A stretch of 64,000 nt of DNA from Candidatus Saccharimonadales bacterium (GTDB lineage Bacteria > Patescibacteriota > Saccharimonadia > Saccharimonadales > UBA4665). Shown one piece after another: positions 1-9,307 of the stretch (positions are counted from its first letter, which is position 1; each line of letters opens with the position of its first letter). The stretch spans positions 235,671 through 299,670 of the forward strand of contig DATELH010000002.1 of the NCBI GenBank assembly GCA_035276765.1. The letters are read 5' to 3'. The notes below the pieces were generated by a model that was given only the letters and a program-made list of their open reading frames with translations, was not told the DNA's origin and did not search any database. A program made the position numbers and the translations under genes.

Positions 1-968
1 AGGTAGGCTTGCGTGCCGAGCGCCTCCGCGCCAACACCAAGCAACTAGAGCTTGCCACCAGCACAAGCGCCGATGACATTGCCAGCACTATCGCTACTAA
101 ACAGTACGAGCTCGTGATTGTCGATTCAATCCAAACAGTGGCAACATCAGCAGTGGCTTCGGCAGCTGGGACGGTTTCGCAGATCACTAATAGTACACAG
201 CTTATTTTGGCGGCAGCCAAACAATCTGGTACTGCAGTAGTTTTGGTTGGCCACGTCACCAAAGAAGGCTCGATCGCCGGGCCAAAAGTACTTGAACACG
301 TGGTTGACGTAGTGTTGCAGCTTGAGGGCGACCGCTATGGCGGCTTTAAGGTGTTACGTGCCACCAAAAACCGCTTTGGGCCAACCACCGAAGCTGGCAT
401 TTTTGAAATGGAAGAAGCCGGGCTCATGCCAGTCAAAAACCCGTCAGCTGCGCTGCTGGCTGAGCGGCAGGTGAGCGACGGTTCGGTAGTGCTGGCGACA
501 CTCGAAGGCACGCGGCCGCTGCTCGTCGAGGTACAGGCGCTTGTAAACAAGACGAGTTACGGCTATCCAAAGCGCGCAGCGAGCGGGATCGACCTAAATC
601 GTGTAAACTTGTTAGTGGCGATGCTTGAGCGCCGCACCAAACTGCAACTGGCAGACCAAGACATTTATATTAATATTGTGGGCGGCATGCGCATTACCGA
701 GCCGGCAGCCGATCTTGCCGTTTGTATGGCGATTGGCTCCGCGGCTCGCGGACTGCAGCTGAAAGCGAACGCAGTCGTGTTCGGCGAAGTTGGCCTAAGC
801 GGCGAAGTCCGGCACGTGCCTTATGTTGAAAAGCGCATCCAGGAAGCCCAAAAACTAGGGTTCGAGAGCGCCATTGGCCCAAACCAAAAATCAGGCAAAA
901 AACTGCCCTTACTCCAAGGTGTGAGTGACGTGCGCAGTGCCCTGAACCAATTTCTAGAGAAAGAGTAA
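1..968 (+). CDS. radA: DNA repair protein RadA/Sms, C-terminal portion (5' end lies outside the window)
   Basis: ORF is open to the window edge (track 9..968). It has the KNRFG motif (RATKNRFGPT) and a Lon-protease-like C-terminal domain (GGMRITEPAADLAV, GEVGLSGEVR). Confidence 0.9.
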   Translation, partial: VGLRAERLRANTKQLELATSTSADDIASTIATKQYELVIVDSIQTVATSAVASAAGTVSQITNSTQLILAAAKQSGTAVVLVGHVTKEGSIAGPKVLEHVVDVVLQLEGDRYGGFKVLRATKNRFGPTTEAGIFEMEEAGLMPVKNPSAALLAERQVSDGSVVLATLEGTRPLLVEVQALVNKTSYGYPKRAASGIDLNRVNLLVAMLERRTKLQLADQDIYINIVGGMRITEPAADLAVCMAIGSAARGLQLKANAVVFGEVGLSGEVRHVPYVEKRIQEAQKLGFESAIGPNQKSGKKLPLLQGVSDVRSALNQFLEKE

Positions 969-970
969 CT

Positions 971-1807
971 ATGCAGATAATAGAAATCATTTTACTTATT
1001 TTTATTGCGTACCTTGTGGTCAGCCAGCGCGAAGGCAGTACGCTCCCGAGCTTTTCGCTGGGCGGACAGCGCCGGCGCAAACTGGTGATCGACAGCTGCG
1101 GACTGATCGACGGCCGGATTGTTGACCTCGCACGCACCGGCTTTTTGGCGGATGAGTTCGTGATTCCGCAATTCGTACTCAACGAGCTACAGATGTTGGC
1201 CGACGGCAACGACTCGCATAAGCGCGAACGGGCGCGGTTTGGACTTGATATCGCCCATCAGTTACAGGACGAAGCCGGGCTTTCAACTGCAAGCGTCATA
1301 ATCGACCGCACTACGTTTGCGGACATCGAAGCCACCGATGATAAGCTCGTGGCTCTGGCCAAAAAACTCAAGGCCAACTTGTACACTATCGATTACAACC
1401 TCACCAAGGTGGCGACCGTGGAAGGCATCCGCGTTTTAAATATCAACGAGCTCGCGCAAACCATGCGGCCGGTTAGCTTGCCGGGCGAGACGCTCGAAAT
1501 TAAAATTGTGCAAAAGGGCAGCAACCATGACCAAGGGGTCGGCTATCTTGAGGATGGAACTATGATCGTGGTAGATGGCGCAGCCCGCTTTGTGGGCAAG
1601 ACTGTAGCTGTTACCGTGAGCCGCATGCACCAGACCGTCGCCGGTAAGATGGTTTTTGGGCAGATCAAGCAGCAGCGGCAACAGCCTTCAGCACAGGCTC
1701 ACCGGCAAGCGAGTGCTAAACCGGTCCAACGCGTACAACCACAGGCCAACAAATTGAGCCAGCGCTTTCTCAAAAAACGTCCCGTGCGCCAGCGGATTTC
1801 TTCATAA
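971..1807 (+). CDS. PIN and TRAM domain protein (YacL-like), with an N-terminal TM helix
   Basis: 278-aa ORF with a hydrophobic N-terminus, a PIN-like segment (VIPQFVLNELQMLAD) and a TRAM-like C-terminal beta domain (GETLEIKIVQKG...GKTVAVTVSRMHQT). It directly follows radA, as yacL does in many bacteria. Confidence 0.7.
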   Translation: MQIIEIILLIFIAYLVVSQREGSTLPSFSLGGQRRRKLVIDSCGLIDGRIVDLARTGFLADEFVIPQFVLNELQMLADGNDSHKRERARFGLDIAHQLQDEAGLSTASVIIDRTTFADIEATDDKLVALAKKLKANLYTIDYNLTKVATVEGIRVLNINELAQTMRPVSLPGETLEIKIVQKGSNHDQGVGYLEDGTMIVVDGAARFVGKTVAVTVSRMHQTVAGKMVFGQIKQQRQQPSAQAHRQASAKPVQRVQPQANKLSQRFLKKRPVRQRISS

Positions 1808-1834
1808 AAGTCTCACTATAACCGCAATAAAGTT

Positions 1835-1867
1835 AAAGCCGCAGCTCCTAAATGAGCTGCGGCTTTT
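1835..1867. terminator. Bidirectional intrinsic terminator between convergent genes
   Basis: A 13-bp stem, AAAGCCGCAGCTC / GAGCTGCGGCTTT, with loop CTAAAT. It is flanked by an A-run and a T-run and lies between the PIN/TRAM gene (+) and the PBP gene (-). Confidence 0.8.
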
Positions 1868-1928
1868 GGTACTAATGTTGTGGCTTATGTCGCACTGGTT
1901 GCGTGTCTGTTGTTGCGGGGTCTTGCAG

Positions 1929-4826
1929 TCATTGGGTGAAGGTCACCTGAGCTGTGTCGGTCGCGTCGTACAAAACGCTGTCAATGATCTGGGCGCTGAC
2001 TGTCGCCGGCCCTGGCCCTGTTGGCGTATAGTTGAACGTAACCGTGCTTGGCGAGGACGAAACCGTCTTCGTGTCCACGACGTTGCCGTTTACAAGCAGG
2101 TGCACCGTGCCTGGATACTGGTCGCTTGAGAGTGCCGCCGTGCCCTGACTTACCGTAACCGTGAAGGTACAACCTGCGCCACCACCACACGTGGAAGGGG
2201 CCGTGACTGTTATCGATGGCTTGGCATCGTTACAGTTATGTTTGTCGTCGTTGCCACTGACCGTCGCCGCAGAGGCTCCCTTCACAAAGATGTCGGCAGA
2301 AAAAGCGTTGTCGTTGGCGCCGCTCACTACTTTTTTGGCGAGTTCTGGCGTACAACTGGTGGCCAGCTTGCCGGAAACGACGTCGATAGTCTGCGAAGTA
2401 GTGGTGCCGGGTTTGGCTTGCTGGTACCACGACGGGAAGATGTCGGTGCTGGGGCTCGGGATTTGCTCACCGTTGCTTGAAATCTTGTGGCTCAATACAT
2501 AGGCTGGCAAGTTTTTGATGTCGGTTGGCGCTGTCCAGTTAACTGGCTTGCCGCCGAGCATGTCGTGGGCGCCTTCCATCCAGCCGCGAACGATCGGCTC
2601 GGTCATGGTTTCCATGTTGCCGGTCATTTTTTGGTTGCGCGTGTGGTAACCAACCCACGTAAGCGCAGTGTACTGGGTGGACCAGCTAGCCATCAAGCCG
2701 TCAAAACCATAGTTGGTGGTACCGGTTTTAACGGCGAAGTGCCAGCCTTTGTAACGATGGAATTTATAGCCGAAGCTCTTGAGCGGCGTACAACTGGTGT
2801 CGGTACAGCTGCCGGGCAAGTAACTGGCGCGCGGGTCGGAGGCCATGTCGGTTACGATATAGGCGGAGTCCGGACGAATGACTTGCTTACCAGCCGGCTG
2901 TTTGAACTGGTCGATAACTTTGTTGTTGGAGTCGGTAATCTTCATGATGAAGGTGCGTGGAATGGCATTGCCGAGCCGTGCAATGCTTGCGATGCCATTT
3001 ACGTGGTCATCGAGGTGCAGGTACGCACCGTCACCAATGGCTGAGGCTGTGTAACACTGGGTTTCGTCTTTTTTGCTAGCCGTAAAGATATCAGTACCCG
3101 GCTCGTAACAGTGGTAGCTGTCGCCATCGGGATTATCCATCAAAGCACTCGCCGTACTAATAACCTTGTTGATGGAATCTTTGCGGCCAGGACTTGTGTC
3201 GTTGGGGACTGCACTCAGCATGGCCTTCATAGCAGGAATGTTACGCGAGCCGCCAAGAGCATAGCGAAGGGTGACTGCACCAGGAGTTTTGTTGTCGTAG
3301 TCGGTAGCACAATCGCCGGGGTCAGTGGCCGATGTACGTGCCGCACCTGTACATGGGTAGCCCGGTATCGGCCCGCTGGAATCGTACAGTACTGAGCCGG
3401 CGCCTACATTATTATTGTTATCTATAAATGTGGCGTAGTCGTACGGCTTGAAACTTGAACCAGGCGACACGTTTACGTCGTGGGCGTAGTTAATGCTGCC
3501 GTGATCCGGGTCGCTAAAGTTCGCGCCGCCCACGAGAGCTACAATTTGCCCCGTCTTGTTGTCTTCTGCCACAAATGCCGCTTCGTCACCGCCTTGTTTT
3601 TTGATGGTCGGCAGGTCGTTTTGGACTTGTTGCTCGGCGAGGTTTTGTAGCGTCATGTCAACACTTGTAACCACCTTCCATCCACCGCGGTTTACGGTTT
3701 CTGCACCATATTTTTGCTCGAGTTGATCTTTGGCGGCCAGTACAAAATATGGAGCCTTGATGCCATCGTACTTGGGCTGCTGGGCATGAACTTGCGCCAA
3801 AATATCAACCTTTTTAGCTTCGTCGGCCTGCGCCTTGGTAATCATTTTTTGATCGACCATTTGATCGAGTATGTAATGTTGGCGGCCGATAAGCCCGGCA
3901 GCATCAAAGTAATTGCCGCCGGCTTGTGGGTTGAACTGCGGGCTGCTGTACGGTGAGTAGGCTGTTGGCGCTTTGGGAATGGCGGCCAGCGTGGCGGCCT
4001 GTGCTAGCGTGAGGTCTTTGGCGTCGGTGTTAAAGTAATCACGCGCCGCCGTTTCCACGCCATAGTTCACGCCACTATAGGGCGCAATGTTGAGATAACC
4101 GGTAATAATGTCGTCTTTCGAGAATTCGCGTTCTACTTCGACCGCTAAAATAACTTCTTTGATTTTACGGGTAATCGAGTGATCGGCAGTCCAGTTTTCG
4201 TTTAGCTTAACGAGCTGTTGGGTGATGGTGGAGCCACCTTGTACGCCACCGCCACCGCCGAATACGTCGTGAAGCCCGGCACGCAAAATGCCGCGAACAT
4301 CGAAAGCGCCATGCTTATAAAAGTCTTTATCTTCAATTGCCACGGTGGCTTGTTTCATAAATGGTGAGATCTGCGTGCTTTTAACAGGAATACGCTTAAC
4401 GGCGCCATAATCTTGCCAAAGTACGGTGTTGCCTGTGCGGTCGTAATAGGTGATGCTGCCGCCGACGTTGGTACCGGAAATGTCCTTGATGTTCGGCAAG
4501 TCTTTACGGAAATATGCAAACACGCCGATTACGAGAATAAAACAGGCAACAATGCCAACGCCAACGATTTTGAGAGCCATAATAGCGCCCTGGCGGCTGA
4601 ACCAATATTTAAAGACACGCTTGGGGTGCAGGCGATACAGCATGCGCTTCCAGCGGTTTTTCGGAAGCGTGCTGAGGTACATAGCACGGCGTCGCGCCTT
4701 TGCGTCGCGCCGGGCTTTTACTCGATCGGATAGGCTACGGTTCACCTTGAAAGTACTGCCGCTTTTGGTCGTGAACGTATTCTTGGCTGTACCGCGGCGC
4801 CGTGGTCCCTGGCTGGAGCTATTCAT
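1929..4826 (-). CDS. Class A penicillin-binding protein (PBP1A-type transglycosylase/transpeptidase) with a long C-terminal Ser/Thr/Val-rich extension
   Basis: 965 aa with an N-terminal membrane anchor. GT51 motifs are EDKDFYKHGAFD and GGSTITQQLVK, and the transpeptidase SxxK motif is SPGSSFKPY. About 200 extra C-terminal residues look like a beta-rich (Ig-like) tail. Confidence 0.9.
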   Translation of the reverse strand: MNSSSQGPRRRGTAKNTFTTKSGSTFKVNRSLSDRVKARRDAKARRRAMYLSTLPKNRWKRMLYRLHPKRVFKYWFSRQGAIMALKIVGVGIVACFILVIGVFAYFRKDLPNIKDISGTNVGGSITYYDRTGNTVLWQDYGAVKRIPVKSTQISPFMKQATVAIEDKDFYKHGAFDVRGILRAGLHDVFGGGGGVQGGSTITQQLVKLNENWTADHSITRKIKEVILAVEVEREFSKDDIITGYLNIAPYSGVNYGVETAARDYFNTDAKDLTLAQAATLAAIPKAPTAYSPYSSPQFNPQAGGNYFDAAGLIGRQHYILDQMVDQKMITKAQADEAKKVDILAQVHAQQPKYDGIKAPYFVLAAKDQLEQKYGAETVNRGGWKVVTSVDMTLQNLAEQQVQNDLPTIKKQGGDEAAFVAEDNKTGQIVALVGGANFSDPDHGSINYAHDVNVSPGSSFKPYDYATFIDNNNNVGAGSVLYDSSGPIPGYPCTGAARTSATDPGDCATDYDNKTPGAVTLRYALGGSRNIPAMKAMLSAVPNDTSPGRKDSINKVISTASALMDNPDGDSYHCYEPGTDIFTASKKDETQCYTASAIGDGAYLHLDDHVNGIASIARLGNAIPRTFIMKITDSNNKVIDQFKQPAGKQVIRPDSAYIVTDMASDPRASYLPGSCTDTSCTPLKSFGYKFHRYKGWHFAVKTGTTNYGFDGLMASWSTQYTALTWVGYHTRNQKMTGNMETMTEPIVRGWMEGAHDMLGGKPVNWTAPTDIKNLPAYVLSHKISSNGEQIPSPSTDIFPSWYQQAKPGTTTSQTIDVVSGKLATSCTPELAKKVVSGANDNAFSADIFVKGASAATVSGNDDKHNCNDAKPSITVTAPSTCGGGAGCTFTVTVSQGTAALSSDQYPGTVHLLVNGNVVDTKTVSSSPSTVTFNYTPTGPGPATVSAQIIDSVLYDATDTAQVTFTQ

Positions 4827-4959
4827 CCCGCTAAATGTTCCTCTTATGGTCTTTGTCTATGGCGTTATTATAGCAAACTTGGCCGCCTCGCAAATGCAAT
4901 ATTTTAAAATCTCCAGGTTCGTTTTTTGGCATGTCCACAGATGAGGTATACTGTTTGGT

Positions 4960-6207
4960 ATGAATCTTTCTCAAAACCTGACATGGCGCGGACTCATTAA
5001 AGATAAGACGTTTCAAGACGTGGGCTGGCTTGATGAGCCAAAGACGTTTTACCTCGGGGTAGACTGCAACTCCGCAGACAGCTTGGCAATTGGCAACTTA
5101 GCGGTGTTTATGCTGGCCCGGCATTTGGCGGAAGCCGGCTGGAAAACGGTGCTGCTGGTGGGCGGCGCCACCAGCTTGATCGGCGACCCTGGTGGCAAAG
5201 ACGAAGAACGTCCGCTCAAAAGCCGCGAGGAAGTTGCTGCCAACGTGGCGGCCATCAAAGAGCAAGTGCGTCGCCTCTTCGCACATAACCAGTTCGAACT
5301 CGTCGATAATTATGACTGGTTCAAGGATATTGGCTACCTGGAATTTTTGCGCGATGTGGGCAAGCATTTTAGCATGACCGAACTCGTGCAGCGCGATTTT
5401 ATTGCGACACGCATGGGCGAAGGCGGTGGCGGCATTAGTTATGCGGAATTCAGCTATAACCTGATTCAGGGTTACGACTACTACTGGCTGCACAAAAACA
5501 AGGGCGTCGTGCTGCAAATCGGTGGCTCCGACCAGTGGGGTAACATGCTTTCTGGTGCACCGCTCATCCGCAAAAAAGAAGGCGCCGAGGTGCACGCCCT
5601 CAGTATGCCGCTCATAATTAATAAGGCAACAGGCAAGAAGTTTGGCAAGAGTGAAGCAGGCGCGGTGTGGCTCGACCCAGCCAAAACGACCCCGACGCAA
5701 TTTTACCAGTTTTGGATTAACTGCGACGATGCCGCCATCGAAGACTACTTTAAGTACTACACTATGCTTAGTCGCGAAGAAATTGAGCAAATTGTAGCCC
5801 AGCATGCAGCCAAGCCTGCCGAGCGTCACGCCCAACGGCGCCTGGCGCAAGAGGTCACCGCTATGGTGCATGGAGAGCGCGAAACGCGCATTGCCGAGCA
5901 AGTCACTAACTACATCATCGGTAAAAGTTCGGTGGGCGAAGCGAGCGATGAAGCGCTTGAAGCTCTGCGCAAAGAAATGCCGACCGCCAAAGTTACCGAC
6001 ACGGCGCTATTGGCCGACGTGCTCGTAACCGCTGGCTTGACGAGCTCAAAATCAGAGGCGCTCCGGCTGCTGGCCGATAACGCAATTTATATAAATGGCA
6101 CGGCCACTACCAAAGCTGCGCTCGATCCGAGCGACTTCCAAAACGGCCGCTTACTCATCCGTAAAGGCAAGGTGCTCAAAAATACTGCACTCATCGAAAG
6201 GATGTAG
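4960..6207 (+). CDS. tyrS: Tyrosyl-tRNA synthetase
   Basis: 415 aa class I aaRS with a KMSKS-like KFGKS motif, GGSDQWGN, and a C-terminal S4-like domain. A TATACT box lies 7 nt upstream of the ATG. Confidence 0.93.
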   Translation: MNLSQNLTWRGLIKDKTFQDVGWLDEPKTFYLGVDCNSADSLAIGNLAVFMLARHLAEAGWKTVLLVGGATSLIGDPGGKDEERPLKSREEVAANVAAIKEQVRRLFAHNQFELVDNYDWFKDIGYLEFLRDVGKHFSMTELVQRDFIATRMGEGGGGISYAEFSYNLIQGYDYYWLHKNKGVVLQIGGSDQWGNMLSGAPLIRKKEGAEVHALSMPLIINKATGKKFGKSEAGAVWLDPAKTTPTQFYQFWINCDDAAIEDYFKYYTMLSREEIEQIVAQHAAKPAERHAQRRLAQEVTAMVHGERETRIAEQVTNYIIGKSSVGEASDEALEALRKEMPTAKVTDTALLADVLVTAGLTSSKSEALRLLADNAIYINGTATTKAALDPSDFQNGRLLIRKGKVLKNTALIERM

Positions 6208-6216
6208 TGGTATACT

Positions 6217-7107
6217 GTGACGCATATGACAAAGAAAGCTACCAAGACCACCACAAAAAAGCCTGCGCAAGCAGCATCTGCTACCAAAAAGAAACCGGCC
6301 CAAACGGCTAAGGCTAAAGCGCCCGCCCCTAAAAAACCAGCTGCGCAAAATGTTTTGCGCAAATCAGACCAATACGACGACCCAAGCTATAACTATCTGC
6401 ACTACTGGAATGGCCGTGACTACGAAAACGAGGCCGAGCGTATGGCGATCCGTCGCTTGCTCAAGGGCAAACACTTTAAGCACGCCACCGACATCGGCGG
6501 CGGTTATGGACGTTTGTGTATATTTTTGGAGCAGTATGCCGACAAAGTTACGTTGGCCGAACCAAGCCAGCAGCAACTCGACATTGCCAAAGACTTTTTG
6601 AAAGGCCACCCCGAAATCGACCGCAAGCTCATGCAAGCCGACGACATGAAGTTTAAAGACGGTTCGATCGACTTGCTGACCATGATCCGCGTGATGCACC
6701 ATTTGCCAAATCCTGCTACCGAGTTTTCAGAGATCGCCCGAGTGCTTTCCGATGACGGTTACGCAATTATCGAAGTGGCCAACTACGCCCATGGCCGCAA
6801 CCGGCTCAAGCACTTTTTGAAGGGCAGCAAACTGCCGACTGAACCTGTTGATATCCGTTCGGCCAAAAACATGCGTAAAGATGAAATTCCGTTTGTAAAC
6901 CACAATCCGCACACCGTTATCAGCCAACTCGGCCAGGCAGGCCTGAAGATTGAACGTGTACTTTCGGTATCAAACTTGCGCAGCCCTGGCATTAAAAAAA
7001 TAGTACCACGCGGCGTAATGCTCGCCGCTGAAAGCGTACTCCAACCAATGCTGGCCAGCAGCTTCTTTGGGCCGAGCGTATTTTTCTTGGTTCGTAAGGG
7101 CAAGTAG
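6217..7107 (+). CDS. Class I SAM-dependent methyltransferase with a Lys/Ala/Pro-rich N-terminal tail
   Basis: SAM motif I is DIGGGYGRL. The N-terminal ~45 aa are KKATKTTTKKPAQAASATKKKPAQTAKAKAPAPKKPAAQ. The start is ambiguous between GTG 6217 and ATG 6226. Confidence 0.8.
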   Translation: MTHMTKKATKTTTKKPAQAASATKKKPAQTAKAKAPAPKKPAAQNVLRKSDQYDDPSYNYLHYWNGRDYENEAERMAIRRLLKGKHFKHATDIGGGYGRLCIFLEQYADKVTLAEPSQQQLDIAKDFLKGHPEIDRKLMQADDMKFKDGSIDLLTMIRVMHHLPNPATEFSEIARVLSDDGYAIIEVANYAHGRNRLKHFLKGSKLPTEPVDIRSAKNMRKDEIPFVNHNPHTVISQLGQAGLKIERVLSVSNLRSPGIKKIVPRGVMLAAESVLQPMLASSFFGPSVFFLVRKGK

Positions 7108-7130
7108 TCTTTAGTATCAGGCGTGGACCT

Positions 7131-7224
7131 GTGAATACACTTCTTCGAGGCACACTCGGAAGCGCCGGTATGTTACTTTAGATCATACAAGACGACCATA
7201 TGTGCTGAGGAGAAGTGTATTCAC
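7131..7224. ncRNA. Candidate structured RNA element, copy 1 (unknown family; strand unresolved)
   Basis: A 14-bp outer stem GTGAATACACTTCT / AGAAGTGTATTCAC encloses the GCACA/TGTGC helix, the core GCACACTCGGAAGCGCCGG and an inner hairpin GTATG..CATAC. The same architecture and core occur at 60448..60542 with different stem sequences. Confidence 0.5.
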
Positions 7225-7264
7225 ATAGAAAAAAACAGAGAGCGAGTAAGGGTATACTGAAAAC

Positions 7265-9304
7265 ATGAGTGTTCATAGAGGGGAATTGACTGCGCTCAAA
7301 GGCGTTGGAGTGGAGATGGCAAAAAAGTTGGCGGGCTTAGGGGTTAAGACCGTCGAAGACTTAGTTACGTTTTTTCCGCGCCGCTACGACGATTACTCCA
7401 CTGTCACGGCGATCGCCCAGCTCAAGCCGGGACCGGTGACCATTAAGGCTACCATCAAGCAAGCCAAAGGCCGTTACGTGCGCCGGGGCATGCACATCAC
7501 TGAGGCAGCTGCAAGCGACGAGACGGGCAGTGTGCGTATCGTGTGGTTCAACCAGCCGTACCGCGAAACTTCGCTCAAAAAAGACCAGACCTATTACATC
7601 TCTGGCCAATTTGAGCTGAGCCACCAGCGACTGACAATCATGAATCCGTCAATTGAACTAGCCAGCGATTTTCCGGTGAATACAGCGCGGATTGTGCCGG
7701 TATACCGCGAAACCAAAGGTGTTACCTCGCGGCAAATTCGTAAGTTTGTGCAAGGGGCGCTCCCAGCGATTACACAGGCATCAGAAAGTTTGCCGGGCTG
7801 GATTGTGCGAGAGCACAAGCTGCTTTCGCGATCGGCGGCACTCAAAGCAATCCATTTTCCAGCGAGCGGTGTAGAGCTCGAAGCGGCGCGGCGGCGCTTG
7901 GGCTTTGAAGAAGTGTTCAGCCTAACTCTGGCCAGCCTGCTTAATAAGTACGAGCTATTGGCCGACAAGGCGTTGGCTATCCCGTTCAAAGAGCGCCTGG
8001 CTAAGATGTTCGTGTCGCATTTGCCCTTCACGCTTACCAATGCACAGCGCAAGGTCGTTTGGCATATCTACCAAGACATGACAAAAACGCAGCCCATGAA
8101 CCGCTTGGTTGAGGGCGACGTAGGCGCTGGCAAAACAGTGGTGGCGGCCATGGCGGCAGTGATGGCAATGGAGCAGGGATACCAAGTGGCGTTCATGGCG
8201 CCCACTGAGCTACTCGCCCGGCAACACGCCGAAACTATTTACAAGCTGCTGGAGCCGCTCGGGCTTGGTCATCAAGTTGGCTTGCTGGTAGGCGGGCTCA
8301 AACCAGCCGCCAAAACTGCAGTGCAACAACATATTGCAAGCGGCGACGTGCGGTTTTTGGTGGGCACGCAAGCACTCATCCAGGAAAAGGTCGATATGCA
8401 CAAGCTCGGCCTGGTGATTATCGACGAGCAACACCGCTTTGGTGTGGAGCAGCGCAAGGCGCTCATGGCCAAGGCTGGCCACATGCCGCACCTTTTGAGT
8501 CTAACGGCCACACCCATTCCGCGCTCGCTGGCGCTCACGTTGTATGGCGAACTGGATATTTCCGTGCTCGATGTAAAACCCGGCGGCCGCTTGCCGATTA
8601 TCACCAAAATTTGCTCGCCAGCTTCCCGCAAACAACTGTACGAAGAAATTACCGCGGAACTCAAAACCGGCCGCCAGATGTTTGTAGTCTGTCCACTTAT
8701 TACCGAGTCGTCGGCTATCCAGGCTAACTCCGCCGAAAAAATCTACGAGCAATTCCGCAAACGCGATTTTAAGGCGTGGCGTGTGGGCTTGTTGCACGGC
8801 AAAATGAAACCGGTCGAGAAAAACGAAATTATGGAACGGTTTGTGCGACATGAGCTTGATATTTTAGTTTCAACCACTGTGATTGAGGTGGGAGTAGATG
8901 TGCCGAATGCCAGTGTGATGCTCATCGAGGCAGCCGATCAGTTTGGATTGGCGCAAATCCACCAACTGCGCGGGCGGGTGGGGCGCAGCAGCGACCAAGG
9001 CTATTGTTACTTCATGATGAGCGACTCCAAGGCGCCGCCAAAACGCATTCGCGCGCTCGCCACCATCAGCGACGGCTTTAAACTAGCCGATCTCGACCTC
9101 GAACTTCGCGGCCCGGGAGCTATTTACGGCACAAGCCAACACGGCCCGCTTGATTTAAGAATTGCTAAATTAACAGATGTAAAGCTTATTGCCGAGGCTC
9201 GCAAAACCGCCCAAACTGCTATCGAACGCGGCGAAAACCTGCTACAATATCCAGTATTGTCCGAACGCGTTTCATTACTGCGCGCAGTTACCAACCTAAA
9301 CTAA
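7265..9304 (+). CDS. recG: ATP-dependent DNA helicase RecG
   Basis: 679 aa with Walker A GDVGAGKT, the DEQH box IIDEQHRFGV, QLRGRVGR, and an N-terminal wedge/OB region. Confidence 0.93.
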   Translation: MSVHRGELTALKGVGVEMAKKLAGLGVKTVEDLVTFFPRRYDDYSTVTAIAQLKPGPVTIKATIKQAKGRYVRRGMHITEAAASDETGSVRIVWFNQPYRETSLKKDQTYYISGQFELSHQRLTIMNPSIELASDFPVNTARIVPVYRETKGVTSRQIRKFVQGALPAITQASESLPGWIVREHKLLSRSAALKAIHFPASGVELEAARRRLGFEEVFSLTLASLLNKYELLADKALAIPFKERLAKMFVSHLPFTLTNAQRKVVWHIYQDMTKTQPMNRLVEGDVGAGKTVVAAMAAVMAMEQGYQVAFMAPTELLARQHAETIYKLLEPLGLGHQVGLLVGGLKPAAKTAVQQHIASGDVRFLVGTQALIQEKVDMHKLGLVIIDEQHRFGVEQRKALMAKAGHMPHLLSLTATPIPRSLALTLYGELDISVLDVKPGGRLPIITKICSPASRKQLYEEITAELKTGRQMFVVCPLITESSAIQANSAEKIYEQFRKRDFKAWRVGLLHGKMKPVEKNEIMERFVRHELDILVSTTVIEVGVDVPNASVMLIEAADQFGLAQIHQLRGRVGRSSDQGYCYFMMSDSKAPPKRIRALATISDGFKLADLDLELRGPGAIYGTSQHGPLDLRIAKLTDVKLIAEARKTAQTAIERGENLLQYPVLSERVSLLRAVTNLN

Positions 9305-9307
9305 AAC

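Noticed and set aside
4849-4944. 32-codon ORF (MVFVYGVIIANLAASQMQYFKISRFVFWHVHR) upstream of tyrS, considered as a possible Tyr/Phe leader peptide.
   Set aside because: There is no terminator or anti-terminator pairing and no promoter at the right distance. It also runs through the predicted tyrS -10 box. Most likely it is a chance ORF in the divergent promoter region.
7169-7182. Mini-ORFs inside the structured elements (ATG TTA CTT TAG in copy 1; ATG CTA TAA at 60488..60496 in copy 2), preceded by an SD-like GGAAG.
   Set aside because: They are only 1-3 sense codons with different lengths, and the ATG lies inside the conserved inner stem. A structural explanation is more economical.
7205-7211. 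Hammerhead-like CUGAGGA box in copy 1 of the structured element.
   Set aside because: The box is not present at the equivalent position of copy 2, and no matching GAAA/cleavage-site arrangement is shared. It is probably just part of the variable internal loop.
7131-7224. Interpretation of the two hairpin elements as SRP (4.5S) RNA, a MITE or an integron attC site.
   Set aside because: - SRP RNA: it would be single-copy, and the GGAA here lacks the conserved closing pairs and the GGAAGCAGCC strand.
- MITEs: these conserve their terminal repeats, whereas here the termini differ and the core is conserved.
- attC sites: no R''/R' (GTTRRRY) boxes were seen.
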